NCBI GenBank assembly: GCA_964016885.1
Contig: OZ024740.1
Coordinates: 402,814,001-402,878,000, forward strand
Length of the DNA stretch: 64,000 bases
Source: Eledone cirrhosa
Taxonomy: Eukaryota
Reading direction: 5' to 3'
Below, piece after piece: positions 37,631 to 49,362 of the stretch; the first letter of the stretch is position 1; each line of letters begins with the position of its first letter. The position numbers and the translations under genes were made by a program. Below the pieces are notes generated by a model, which saw only the letters and a program-made list of their open reading frames with translations, ran no database searches and was not told where the DNA came from.

Positions 37631-39994
37631 AGATAGATAGATAGATAGATAGATTATGTAGAGATTTCGATTCTATGCCGTTTGCACCAAATTTGCAAGT
37701 AAATAAAACGTAAATACAGCTAGAGAATATATAGAGAATGGTATTATTAATGGGAGGGAGCTAATCTACAGTCTGATGGAGGAAGGGCATTGTTATGAAA
37801 CTGAAATATACTGAAAATTAATGTTGTTTACACATAATAAACCTAGATAAGTCTTGCTATGGTGATTTAAGCTGTTTCACACACATGTAATTAGGTGAGC
37901 ATTCCACAGACACGTGTGTTTTAAATGTAATTATCAGGAATATTTTTTGTAACACAGTGTGTGAAAAAACCTGGGCATTAGAAGTGCAGCTGAAATCTCT
38001 CCCACTGCTTCTAACTTTTTATCACCAACTCAAATTCACTCACAAGAATTGGCTCGACCTAGTACTATTGTAAATTACACTTGCCCAACACATCTCGCAT
38101 TTGGGCTCGCTGCCTAAATAAATATATCGAAATATTCAATACTATTAGAAATTGTGGCCCAGAAATCTCAAATTATACAATAAATGAAATCATTTGGGCA
38201 CAAAATATCGTAGTTTGAGTGTTCTTTCTAATTTTTTTAAAAACAATCTTTTCTCCGTTATGTCCCTCTTCCTTTCCCTGTCTATTCACCCCATCTCTCT
38301 AATTCTATCTTTCATTTCTATCTCCTTTTCCTTTCATTCTCTTCCCGTTTTATGTTTGGGTTTCTTTCTTCGCAGATGTCTTTCTCTCACTTCACTCTCT
38401 CCCCCCTCACCTCCCACTTATCTTTCAAATGTTCTTTTTAGGTTTTTATTTTACTCCTTTCGCTCGCTTTCATGACTATTCTACCACATCTTAATTTTTG
38501 TTTCCATGTATAAAAGACTTTGGGTTTACTCTATCCTTTACTATGGTTGTTTATTTATTAATTTATCCATTGTTTTTCACAATTCCTTTTCCATCATAAG
38601 TACAAAATATTCGAGTTCGAAAATACCACAAGCATATGAGGGTTTCTAAAGTCGCTAGATTCATTTGATGGGGCAAATGTGTCGATAAATCTGCAACACT
38701 ATATAATTGGTATTTATTTTATCGACGCCAGAAAGTTGTACAGGGACTTGGCTAAATACCGCAAAGCATTTTGTCCGAAGCTCTACTGATTCTGCCATCC
38801 ATAACATTAAAACCGATTCATAAGAAAAATTGTTTAAATTGTTTAAGATCGTGTGTCAAGACAACGCGTGAATTCTAATAATTCGACCACTTCCGTCTAT
38901 TCTTTTCACTCTACAGACATCGACGTGGGGATATTACAATTGGATAACAACCATATTAATCTCATAAGACATACATACTCGCACCCGTTCTAAAACTAAA
39001 TGCTAGAGAGTTCGATTTCGCTTTGCATCGTTCCGAGTCGATATGATAAAGTACTACTCAAGGACTGGAATGGTTTAATCAACCATCTCCACTTCAGAAT
39101 GTTAAGGCCTTTTACTGGGTCTAGAAATTATTAATACTTTTATACGAGTGTGGATATGCATGGATTTGAGGGGTGTTAGTATATTAAGTCTATTTTACTA
39201 AGAGATAGTGTAAATTTGTGTACACAGCATAAACGAATATTTAATAAGTTAGCTTCGCAATCATAGATTTGATCCCATGACATTGCATCTTGGGCAAGTG
39301 TCATTTTCCAAAGCTATGGTCGAATTAGATAAAGGAAAACTGTTGTAAGCCTGTCGGAGGACGTGTACCTCTAATTAAAATGACCAGCCATGTAACACAT
39401 CACGTAACACTGAATCTCCCTGAGAATTACGTTAATTGTTTCACGTGTTTTTTAAATGATCTGCCACTTTCAGATTAATTTAATAAGTAGACTTTTCAGC
39501 TGATCCCTAGTAACACTCATCGTTTAAACCGATGAAAGTCCATTCCGATATTTCTATAACTACATTATCCAATGAGCGCTTTGTCAAACGGCAAGGTATG
39601 ATTTGATGGATATTTGTCTCTCTGAGGTTAAGTGCAACGACTAATAAGATGCCTGCTTCAATTTTCCTGTGTGTATCTGTTATTTTCTGTATGTATTTTC
39701 ATACTGCATAGAAATGAATGTGTCCCAATGAACATAAAACAACACATACACTGGTTTTCATGCACACGATGCTAACGACTTTATATTTTCAGGTTGTTGC
39801 TATCGATGTTATTGTCAGAGATTGATAGCGTCCTTGTAGTTGTGGATGTAATTTAAAGTTTTGCTGCCACCAGCTACTCTTGTTGTTGTTGTTGCTACAA
39901 CTACTTGAGATGAGGCTGCTGTTGTTTTTTTGGTGGTGTTATCGATGTTAGCGTTCTTCAGCTACTGCGATTACTGTTACTGCTGATCCACCTT

Positions 39995-40172
39995 CAATCT
40001 TCTTCTTCTTCTTCTTCTTCTTCTTCTTCTTCGTTCTCTACGTTGTTCTTCCATCATTTTTTTATTTGTTCTACTCCATATCATCATCATCATCATCATC
40101 ATCTTCATCAACATCATCATCATCATCTTCATCAACATCATCATCATCATCATCAACATCATCACCATGTTC

Positions 40173-40212
<40 letters not shown>

Positions 40213-41130
40213 CCATGAACATCATAACCATTATCATATCTATCCTAGTGATCAACATCAACCACCACGTCACCCTAATACGTCATTACAAACACTATCA
40301 GAAGTACTATCAACACTAATGCTCTTTACTTGATTATTGCTACTACCATCTCCACCGCCACCAGCACCACCACCACCATCTCCACCAGCACCAGCACCAT
40401 TACCACCACCGCCACCACCACCTCCACCACCACCACCATCTCCACCAGCACCAGCACCATTACCACCACCGCCACCACCACCTCCACCACCAACACTACC
40501 ACCATCTCCACCACCTCCACTACCATCTCCACCACCACCACCACCTCCACCACCACCACCAACACTACCACCACCAACACTACCACCATCTCCACCACCT
40601 CCACTACCATCTCCACCACCACCACCACCTCCACCACCACCACTACCACCATCTCCACCACCACCACCATCTCCACCACCACCACCAGCAACACCACTAC
40701 CACCACCACCACCACTAACACCAATCCACCACCACCAGCATCACCACCAACAACGCCCACCCCACCGCCACCAGCACCACAACCGCCAGCACTACCATAA
40801 CCACCACCACTACCTCCACCACCATCTCCACCACCTCCACTACCATTGCCACTACCACCACCACTAGCACCACCACTACCACCACCACCACAACCAACAT
40901 CTCCACCACCACCAGCACCACCACCACCAACAACGCCCACCACCCCCGCCACCACCGCCAGCACCACCAGCACCCCCACTACCACCACCACCACAACCAC
41001 CATCTCCACCACCACCAGCACCACCACCACCGCCACCACCGCCAGCACCACCAGCACCACCGCCACCACCATCGCCACCAATGCCCACCGCCACGACCAC
41101 CACCACCACCATTACTGCCACCACTATTAT
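39995..41130. repeat. (CTT)n, (CAT)n and about 780 bp of (ACC)n-type trinucleotide repeats
   Basis: Direct reading; it is the source of the poly-His/Thr/Pro/Val pseudo-ORFs. Confidence 0.95.
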
Positions 41131-41144
41131 TCCTACTCGAATCG

Positions 41145-41335
41145 GCGGTGGATTGTCAGCATCGGTAGAGTGTCGGACGCCATGCTTTGCAGCATAGAGG
41201 TATGGCCCTTTACGCTCTGAGTTCAAATCCCGCCGAGGTTTACTTTACCTTTCATCCTTACGGGGTCGATAAAATAAAGTACCAGTAATACACTGGGTAT
41301 TTGCTGGCCTTGTGCCTAAAGTAGAAACAATTATT
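41145..41335 (+). mobile_element. SINE with TSD
   Basis: Full copy with CTACTCGAATC on both sides. Confidence 0.9.
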
Positions 41336-41549
41336 ACTACTCGAATCAACGTGTATGATATATGGTACATTGACATAAATAGCAGCAATATCTTCCTCAA
41401 ATCAATCCCTACATCCTTAAAAAACACGTCTAATAAACTTGGTCTCGGTTCCTCGTACATAAGAAAATACATAGTATGGATCATGACTAGAATGTCTTTG
41501 ATCTTAGGCTGGTCTTGAGCTAAACAACAGTAGCAACAAGAGCTATTGC

Positions 41550-41550
41550 C

Positions 41551-41589
<39 letters not shown>

Positions 41590-41686
41590 GCTGCTGATGC
41601 TGATACTGCTGCTGCTTCTACTACCACTACAACTATTGCTGCTGGATCTTTGAAATACTACTACTATTATTACTACTACTACTAGA

Positions 41687-41719
<33 letters not shown>

Positions 41720-41733
41720 ATTACTACTACTTT

Positions 41734-41780
<47 letters not shown>

Positions 41781-41850
41781 GCTGCTGCTGCTACAGTAGC
41801 TGCTGTTGCTGCTACTACTACTACTGCTACTACTACTGTTGCTGTTGCTG

Positions 41851-41882
<32 letters not shown>

Positions 41883-41901
41883 GCTGCTACTGCTGCTACT
41901 G

Positions 41902-41945
<44 letters not shown>

Positions 41946-41975
41946 GCTGCTACTACTGCTACTACTACTACTAAA
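41550..41975. repeat. (CTG)n/(CTA)n trinucleotide field
   Basis: Direct reading. Confidence 0.95.
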
Positions 41976-43925
41976 TATACTGCTGGTTCTACCACGTTTG
42001 GGGATTTAATTTCATTCTTTAATTCACAAGGGAAATTTCGTGAATATGATGAGTTTGGGGGAACAGAAGTGGAGACATTGATCATCTTGGAAGCTTCAGA
42101 AGAAAAAGAAGAAAGAAAATGAGGTGGCAAACAAAATGACTAAAGGGCAAAAAAACATCAGTGGCGATTACTTGAGCAAAAGAAACATTTTTTTTCTTCT
42201 AATAGCAAAGAAAGAGCAGACATGCTGAACAGAATCGAAGAGAGGGTGAGGTTGGTGACACATCTAAAGGTGCTCTAAAGGACATTTATCAAACAAACTA
42301 ACGTCAACTAAAGCAAGATGCAATCGACTCGACATAAAAACCTTAATTAAACAATATATATATTTTTTTTATTTCACACTCTGCATCAACTGGTCATGAA
42401 TATCGTTTACCCAATTAGCATTGTTGAAATCCAATTGCTGTGTATGTATGTATATGTGTATATTGTATGTATGTATTTATTTATTTATTTATTTATGTAT
42501 GTATATAAATGTGTATATATATGTATGTTTCTATGTATATAAATGGGTATATGTATGTATGTATTTATGTATGTATGAATGTATGTATATATGTATGTAT
42601 GCATATATTGTATATATGTATGTATTTCTGTATGTATTTATGTACTTATATATGTATGCAAACATAAGTAGGCGTACGAGCCAAATCTACCCTATCCACT
42701 GAAATTCGAAGAAATCAGTAATGCTGCATTGCACAAAACATGAAGAATAACAAGTTTTTGTGTAACAAATAAGAGCTACATGGCTTTACAGTAAAATACT
42801 TAGGGAATATTTAGGGGTCACGGGGGAAGAATAAAAACAATCTCAGAGGGATAGTGACAAAAATACAAGCTTATATCTTCCCCATCAGTGACTTAGTGGA
42901 AAAGATATATTTAATTTTATAAAATCATAAAAAGAATAGCTTGCTAAATATATGTAAATGAGATTGGATAAAAAAAAAACAGCCATAGGAAAAAGTGCCT
43001 GTCAGACCTTTTCTCCATCTGCATCGGTTCCGACGACGAGTGTTCAAGAACAACCCTATCATGAAATTCCCATGCAATGATTGAGAATTCCCCAAACATG
43101 AGCACATTGAACGCGATGCTCAGCGAGATTCAACGTGACACCGTCGTGATAAAACTGGATCTTTTAATAACAAATAAAATTTATAGTTGTTAGCTGAGTG
43201 GATTGAACCAAAGTCAAATAATTTGTCTAGCTCAAGGAGGGAACACGCAGCTAGGAATCAAATTTGTGAGCCGAATACCTGCTCAGCATTAAACCTTGCA
43301 TCTTTGCGGTGTCAGACAGTACAGCTACAGTATAACTATAAACACCCGGAAAATAGACAAAACAACATGAGCTTTGGTCTCAGTAAAACCTCTTTTTCCC
43401 ACTTTCTTACTTCCTCCCTTTCTCTCGTATTATTTTCGGACGATAGTCCATAACATTTCTTTTCTTCGTTAGTCATTTGCACATTTCCCTTTTGCCTATT
43501 TTCAAGTCTTAAAACATTTTTGTATATTTACTCTTAATTTGCTGTGTTTTTCCACGGACGAAAACAGCGTATCTTGAAATATATTCAATATGTTTATACA
43601 TAATAAACATCCATATTTTCAGTGTGGGTTTTTTTTAAGCTGTGATCATTCGGTATCAACTTCGGTAACGTGATGAAAATGTCATATACATGAAATTTAG
43701 TATAGTTAATCCGTCGTCGGTGATGATTCTCTTCTGAGAGACTCTGTGGTAATTTTACTGCTAAGTAATACTAGCCCATCAAGCTTGCTGTATATGCAAA
43801 TACGCTATCATTAGACATGCATTCTTTGCGAAATCTAAACTATAATAAAGTAAGGAGCGCGGGACTGCGTATGGTTTATAATTTTTTATCCCATTAGTAA
43901 AATGAGTTGGATTACTTTGAATAAA

Positions 43926-44106
43926 TAATTGTTTCTAGTATTGGCACAAGGCCAGCAATTACCGAGTGCATTACTGGTACTTTATTTTATCGACCCCGTA
44001 AGGATGAAAGGCAAAGTTAACCTCGGCGGGATTTGAACTCAGAATGGCAAGGGCCGTAACTCTATGCGTCAAAGCATGGCGTCCGACTCTCTACCGATGC
44101 TGCCAT
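43926..44106 (-). mobile_element. SINE
   Basis: Full reverse-complement copy, very similar to the copy at 1541. Confidence 0.9.
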
Positions 44107-44635
44107 GAATGAATATTACATAATTTATCTACTAAATTTCGTGGCTGTTGATTAAATATATTTTGTTTATTTAAAGATTCACTTCTTTAAAATTTCTGAA
44201 TTGTCAACACTTCCGGTTGGCCATCGCTTAAGTAAACATACTAATTTTCTGTCACTAATTTTCTCCTAATGCAGTTTATATATAATATCGTCTTTTTTTA
44301 TGTATCATGGATTACGTTAGTGATTACATAAAACAGTGTAACGCAGTCTTCTTTCAATTTCTGTTCAATATATTGTCAATTACGATTTTATTTGATGTAT
44401 CATATCTACATGTATATATACATGCGTATAATATCAATACACACACTACACATGCTAGCAGAAAAGCACCCGAAGTGTGGTTCTTCTGCTAGTTATATAT
44501 AAGAAACATTAGCATCTCTACAATAGTAGCGAGTGAATAGGCGTTGCCAAAAATAAATGAACGCTCTAAAGTACACTTACATGGTGTTCTGACACGATAA
44601 CAGAGAGGCTATGTAAGTTTATTACATATACGAGG

Positions 44636-45058
44636 GCGGTGAATTGGCAGTATCGGTAGAGGGTCGGACATGCTTTCCAGCATAGTTACGTCCCTATACG
44701 ATCTGAGTTCAAATCCTGCCGAGGCTAACTTTGCCTTTCATCCTTACGGGGTCGATAAAATAAAGTACCAGTAATGTACAGGAATAATTGTGGCCTTATG
44801 CCCAAAGTAGAAACAATTATTATTACATATACGAGGGAGGTGGATTGGCAGAATCGGTATAGCGTCGGACACTATGCTTTGCAGCATAGAGTTATGAACA
44901 TTTGCGGTCTGTGTTCAAATCCCGCCGAGGTTAACTTTGCCTTTCATTGTTACGGGCTCGATAAAATAAAGTACCAGTAATGCACTGAAGTCGATTTAAT
45001 TGACTTTTTCCACCCCTAAAATTGTTGGCCTTGTGCCTAAATCAGGAACCATTATTTC
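44636..45058 (+). mobile_element. Tandem SINE dimer (short-tail copy inserted in front of a long-tail copy)
   Basis: TATTACATATACGAGGG is duplicated at 44620-44636 and 44821-44837. Confidence 0.9.
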
Positions 45059-45233
45059 ATACACGCTCTCTCTCTCTCTCTCTCTCTCTCGTTGACGTTA
45101 GAATGTTAAATTAATATTAGGGTTAGGGTTACAGTTAGAAATAGGATGAGAATTATTATTAATATAGCTACCGTGAACGGCCACATGGCTACAGTCTACG
45201 AGCCTTGTTACTGAGTTAGTATGGGTGACTTGA

Positions 45234-45820
45234 TAGTGAACGCTTTCGGATTAATAATTTTTCATCAGACTAGATTATTCCTGGACTGGCTAATCCAATA
45301 CCGATCGGAGTATGTTTGTATGTGTCTCCATGTGTCCAGGTCACTCCGATGGATTAGGGTAGGCACCCCCTTCCTAATAAAATATGTGGCTCCGTTATTC
45401 GTTGGTTTACTGTCTGCCTTTCCTCCACAAATACTTTTGTGGTTATCCTCCTACATATTTCTGTGTTGAAACCTGCTCGCAGAGGCGTCGTTTTTTTTAA
45501 ATGTATTCTGTTATGCATTTGGCGTTTTGTGGAACAGATGTAGTTGCCTCTGCATGCACAGTTCAACACATACATAACATGGTCTCTCAAGCATATTGGT
45601 TTCGTATGTTTGTTGTTGTTAATTCCTGTAGTAGTGTATTTTCCGACAGGGTATCTCCGAAGACATAAGGCATCTTCTTCGATGCTCTACATGAAGTGTT
45701 GTCTCAACGTCTTCCTACGCCTCGTTAAAGTGTGTGCCCTGCTCCTTTTTCACCCGCGCGACGAGGGTTGTGGTATGGGGTTTCACTTTGTGTTTGATTT
45801 ATCATCGTTGTCTTTCTGAT
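45234..45820 (-). mobile_element. Decayed Penelope-like element 3' end (GIY-YIG remnant + hammerhead)
   Basis: HVMYVLNCACRGNYICSTKRQMHNRIH (45354-45590) resembles GIY-YIG. Downstream is UAGU-CUGAUGA-...-GAAA-GCGUUC-ACUA at 45234-45272, with stem I intact and stem II eroded. Confidence 0.7.
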
Positions 45821-45828
45821 TGCTATTA

Positions 45829-46235
45829 TAATGGTTTCTTATATAGGCACAGAGCCAGAAATTTTGGGGAGGAGAAAGTCGATTAAATCGACTCCAGTGC
45901 GTGACTGGTACTTTATTTTATCGACCCGTAACGATGAAAGGCAAAGATAACCTCGGCGGGATTTGAACTCAGACCGTAAAAGGGCGTAACTCTATGCTGC
46001 AAAGCATGGCGTCAGACCCTCTACCGGTACTGCCAATCAACCATTATAATTGTTTCTACTTTTGGCACAAGGCCAGCAATTATCCCAGTGTATTACTCGT
46101 GCTTTATTTTATCGACCCCGTAAGGATGAAAGACAAAGTTAATCTCGGCGGGATTTGAACTCAGACCATAAAGGGACGTAACTCTTTGCTGCAAAGCATG
46201 GCGTCAGACCCTCTAACGATACTGCCAATCCACCA
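45829..46235 (-). mobile_element. Tandem SINE dimer
   Basis: Two consecutive reverse-complement copies, one long-tail and one short-tail. Confidence 0.9.
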
Positions 46236-46616
46236 TTATAATAACAATCGGTAGCAAATCTTGACTGCCATTGCCGTAACATTGACATTGTTGTTGACTG
46301 TTTCTGTCATCTTTTGCCATCGACATATGTGAATTTGCCTGGGTATCTATCTGTCAATAATCACCACATTTACTTTTAATATCCTACTCCCAACATTATG
46401 AGATACCGTAACCCCATTGGAGATGGCTAGCGGGTACTCTAACTTGCCAAATGATATGTTCCAGCATGCACTGCTTATCTTGTATATTGGCAGTTAACCT
46501 CTATATCTATAGGTATCACCCCCACATCCACCCCGCTATCTGTAACCTTGGGACTCGTGGGATAGTATTATATCAGAGTTATAAAATGAAGTAATGATGT
46601 ACAATAAAATGATAAT

Positions 46617-46803
46617 ATAATTGTTTCTACTTTTGGCACAAGGCCAACAATTACCCAGTGCATTACTGGTACTTTATTTTATCGACCCCGTAAGGATGAA
46701 AGGCAAAGTTAACCTCGGCGGCATTTCAACTCAGATCATACAGGGAGGTAACTCTATCCTTCAAAGCATGGAGTCCAACCCTCTACCGATACTGCCAATC
46801 CAC
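46617..46803 (-). mobile_element. SINE
   Basis: Full reverse-complement copy. Confidence 0.9.
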
Positions 46804-46953
46804 TGTAATAACAAGAAACTCAAAAGTTGAAAAGAAAAAAGGATATTAATAGAACGTCCCTTTCAGAATAATACTAAGAGCAAAGAGGTATATATATACA
46901 CAACAAATACATGATTTGATTCCTTGTGGTTTATTGGATGCTATACACGTCTT

Positions 46954-46988
46954 CTGATGAGGGTCCAATTTGATCCGAAATACGATTG
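46954..46988 (+). ncRNA. Hammerhead-like core in a solo pseudo-LTR remnant
   Basis: CUGAUGA-GGGUC(CAAUUU)GAUCC-GAAA-UACGAUU. Stems I and III are imperfect. Confidence 0.5.
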
Positions 46989-47053
46989 AAAATGTTTATC
47001 CTTTTTTTCAGTTTACAGGGTAATTCCTATTTTCTGGCATGTTATATGCCTAC

Positions 47054-47101
<48 letters not shown>

Positions 47102-47181
47102 AAAAAAAGGAAAAGAATGACTTCTCTCACACAGCTAAATATATGTTATTTATATGTATGAGATGAAACAATGGTATTTAA

Positions 47182-47840
47182 CTAATGTAATGGTACGCGA
47201 TGAAGCCCACCCACAGCTCCGGCGGACAGAATGGAGAAGGCGTTTCCGCGGAGGACGGTAAGGGAGACGCGCTGGAAAAGCCACCCCAACTCGCGGAGCT
47301 CACACCTACGGCTGGCCAGCTCAGCGCCTATGGTGGTGAGTAACGAGGTAGCCCTGGGGCCGAGGACACCAGAAGTTTCCACTGCCAGGGGAACGACCGC
47401 AAACCTGTCGGAGAGCGACCGGTATTTGAGGAGTTTGGCCCCCTCAGCCCGACCTGCAGCAGAACCTGCGTCAGTCGCAGAAAGTGTCGGTGCAAGTGGC
47501 ATCCCAGACGAGAGGTTTGCCACCGCGGAACGGGAAGATGGTCATGCTATCTGGCCTTTTGCCGTCCCCTCGATCCAGCCCCACCGGCTCGAGCTGGGAA
47601 GGGAAGCCTGCAACGTCCAAGCCATGCTTAATGACCTCGTTGAGGGCAGTATGGCGTGGAATGCAGCCAGCACTGTGGCGACAGGAAAGCGTGTGGAGGC
47701 CGGAAGAGTCCACGGTGGAACCGCAGCGACATTGGTGTGGCTGGCAGATCCGGAAGCCGAACCTCAGGGTAACGCCGGTTCGCAGGCTATGGTTGTCTAG
47801 CTGCGTGCCAGTGGAGGGCAGAGCATGGACCCAGGCACCA
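47182..47840 (-). pseudogene. 5'-truncated CRE-like non-LTR retrotransposon C-terminus (zinc finger + restriction-like endonuclease)
   Basis: HQCRCG...[41 protein letters not shown] and FQRVSLTVLRGNA across two frames. It forms a GC-rich island. Confidence 0.8.
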
Positions 47841-47955
47841 CTGTATAATATTATAATATTATAAAATTAAATCAAAATTTTTTAACACTACAAGTGTAGT
47901 CATTCTTTTCCTTCTTTTCAAATATACCTAACGGTACCAAGGATCTCCCACATTT

Positions 47956-47993
<38 letters not shown>

Positions 47994-47998
<5 letters not shown>

Positions 47999-48110
47999 AA
48001 CGAGTAGGACCCCGACGGTTGAGCTCAAGCCGTTTCAACGGCTAATTCTGGACTAGAATTAGCCGTCGAAACGGCTTGAGCTCAGCGGTCGGGGTCCTAC
48101 TCGGTCCTAT
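47994..48110. repeat. GC-rich palindrome (about 56-bp arms) with nested hairpins
   Basis: TAGGAACGAGTAGGACCCCGAC...AATTCT-ggact-AGAATT...GTCGGGGTCCTACTCGGTCCTA, with few mismatches. Confidence 0.9.
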
Positions 48111-48185
48111 TACCCACTGTACTACCCTAAGTTTTGAGTACTTTGGTGCGTTATGGTCCATTTGGTTCCTTACCACATTTCCTTC

Positions 48186-48245
<60 letters not shown>

Positions 48246-48283
48246 TACACATTATCGTAAACTCAGTTAAACACTCAGTTAAA

Positions 48284-48338
<55 letters not shown>

Positions 48339-49314
48339 TTTCTGTCTGTCTGTCTGTCTGTCTGTGAGTGTCTGTCTGTGTGTGTGCGTGTCTGTGTGTG
48401 TGTGTGTCTGTCTGTGTGTATGCATAAACTACCTATTGCATGTTAAATCTAAATGTTCAAATTGGAATGTTGAAGAAAGGAAAAAGCATATGTAGCGACC
48501 CACAAATAAATAGTTGTTGGTCAAAGGATGACATCATCTAGTTGAACGATTAACAGGAGGTTTACCGTTCAGTGGAAGAAATAAACAGCTCCCGTTTAAC
48601 CTTTGTTCTTCAAATATCTTCTGGGTATTTTTATTTTCTTCATTTATGTATAATATTACGGTTCATGTGTCATGTATATTTTTTATTGGTCTTCATATTT
48701 GTATGTGATTCCTTCTTCCTTTTCCTTTGTTTCATTGCCCGTTTTTACTTTACATATTATTTCCGTTTTCTCTCCCTTACTCTCTTTCCCTATGTCTCTA
48801 TTATCTCTGATCCCTCTATCACTAGGTTCTATCTTTCTTGTGCTTGGATCCCAAGTCCAATCGTTATCTCTATATGTCACCCTTTTTTCTCCAACTTTCC
48901 TTCTTCTCTGTATTGTGAATAATCCGCAGTATACAGCTTCGATGTTACCAGAACAGGCCGCGAATAAAAATAGAATAAAAAGGAAAGAAGAATATAAAAA
49001 AATAATAACAATAACAGCAGCAATATCAACGCAACAACCAGACAAGCAGTAATAAAAAATATATATAATTTGGGGGTATGATATGCTTCCGTGTATGTTT
49101 GTGCGTGAATACGCTTGTTTCCGTGTTTGCTATATGCAGTACTATATGCTGTGTTTCTGTGTGTGGTCTGTGTGGTCAGATAAGAAACATCTGGACATAT
49201 AAGACGGGGCAAAGAACGAATTTAAACAGTAAAAGGAAAAAAAAAATTACATCGTAAAAAAGCATTAAGAATAATGTCCACATGATGTATGTATGAATGA
49301 GTTTGGTTGTATAC

Positions 49315-49362
<48 letters not shown>

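Noticed and set aside
39977-42130. Poly-His, poly-Pro, poly-Thr, poly-Val and poly-Leu ORFs resembling extensins or mucins
   Set aside because: They are trinucleotide repeats open in several frames on both strands, with no splice signals or unique domain.
46380-46560. Possible R4-like RLE LINE 3' remnant (VGVIPI-like peptide on the minus strand)
   Set aside because: It is too degraded to support without an alignment.
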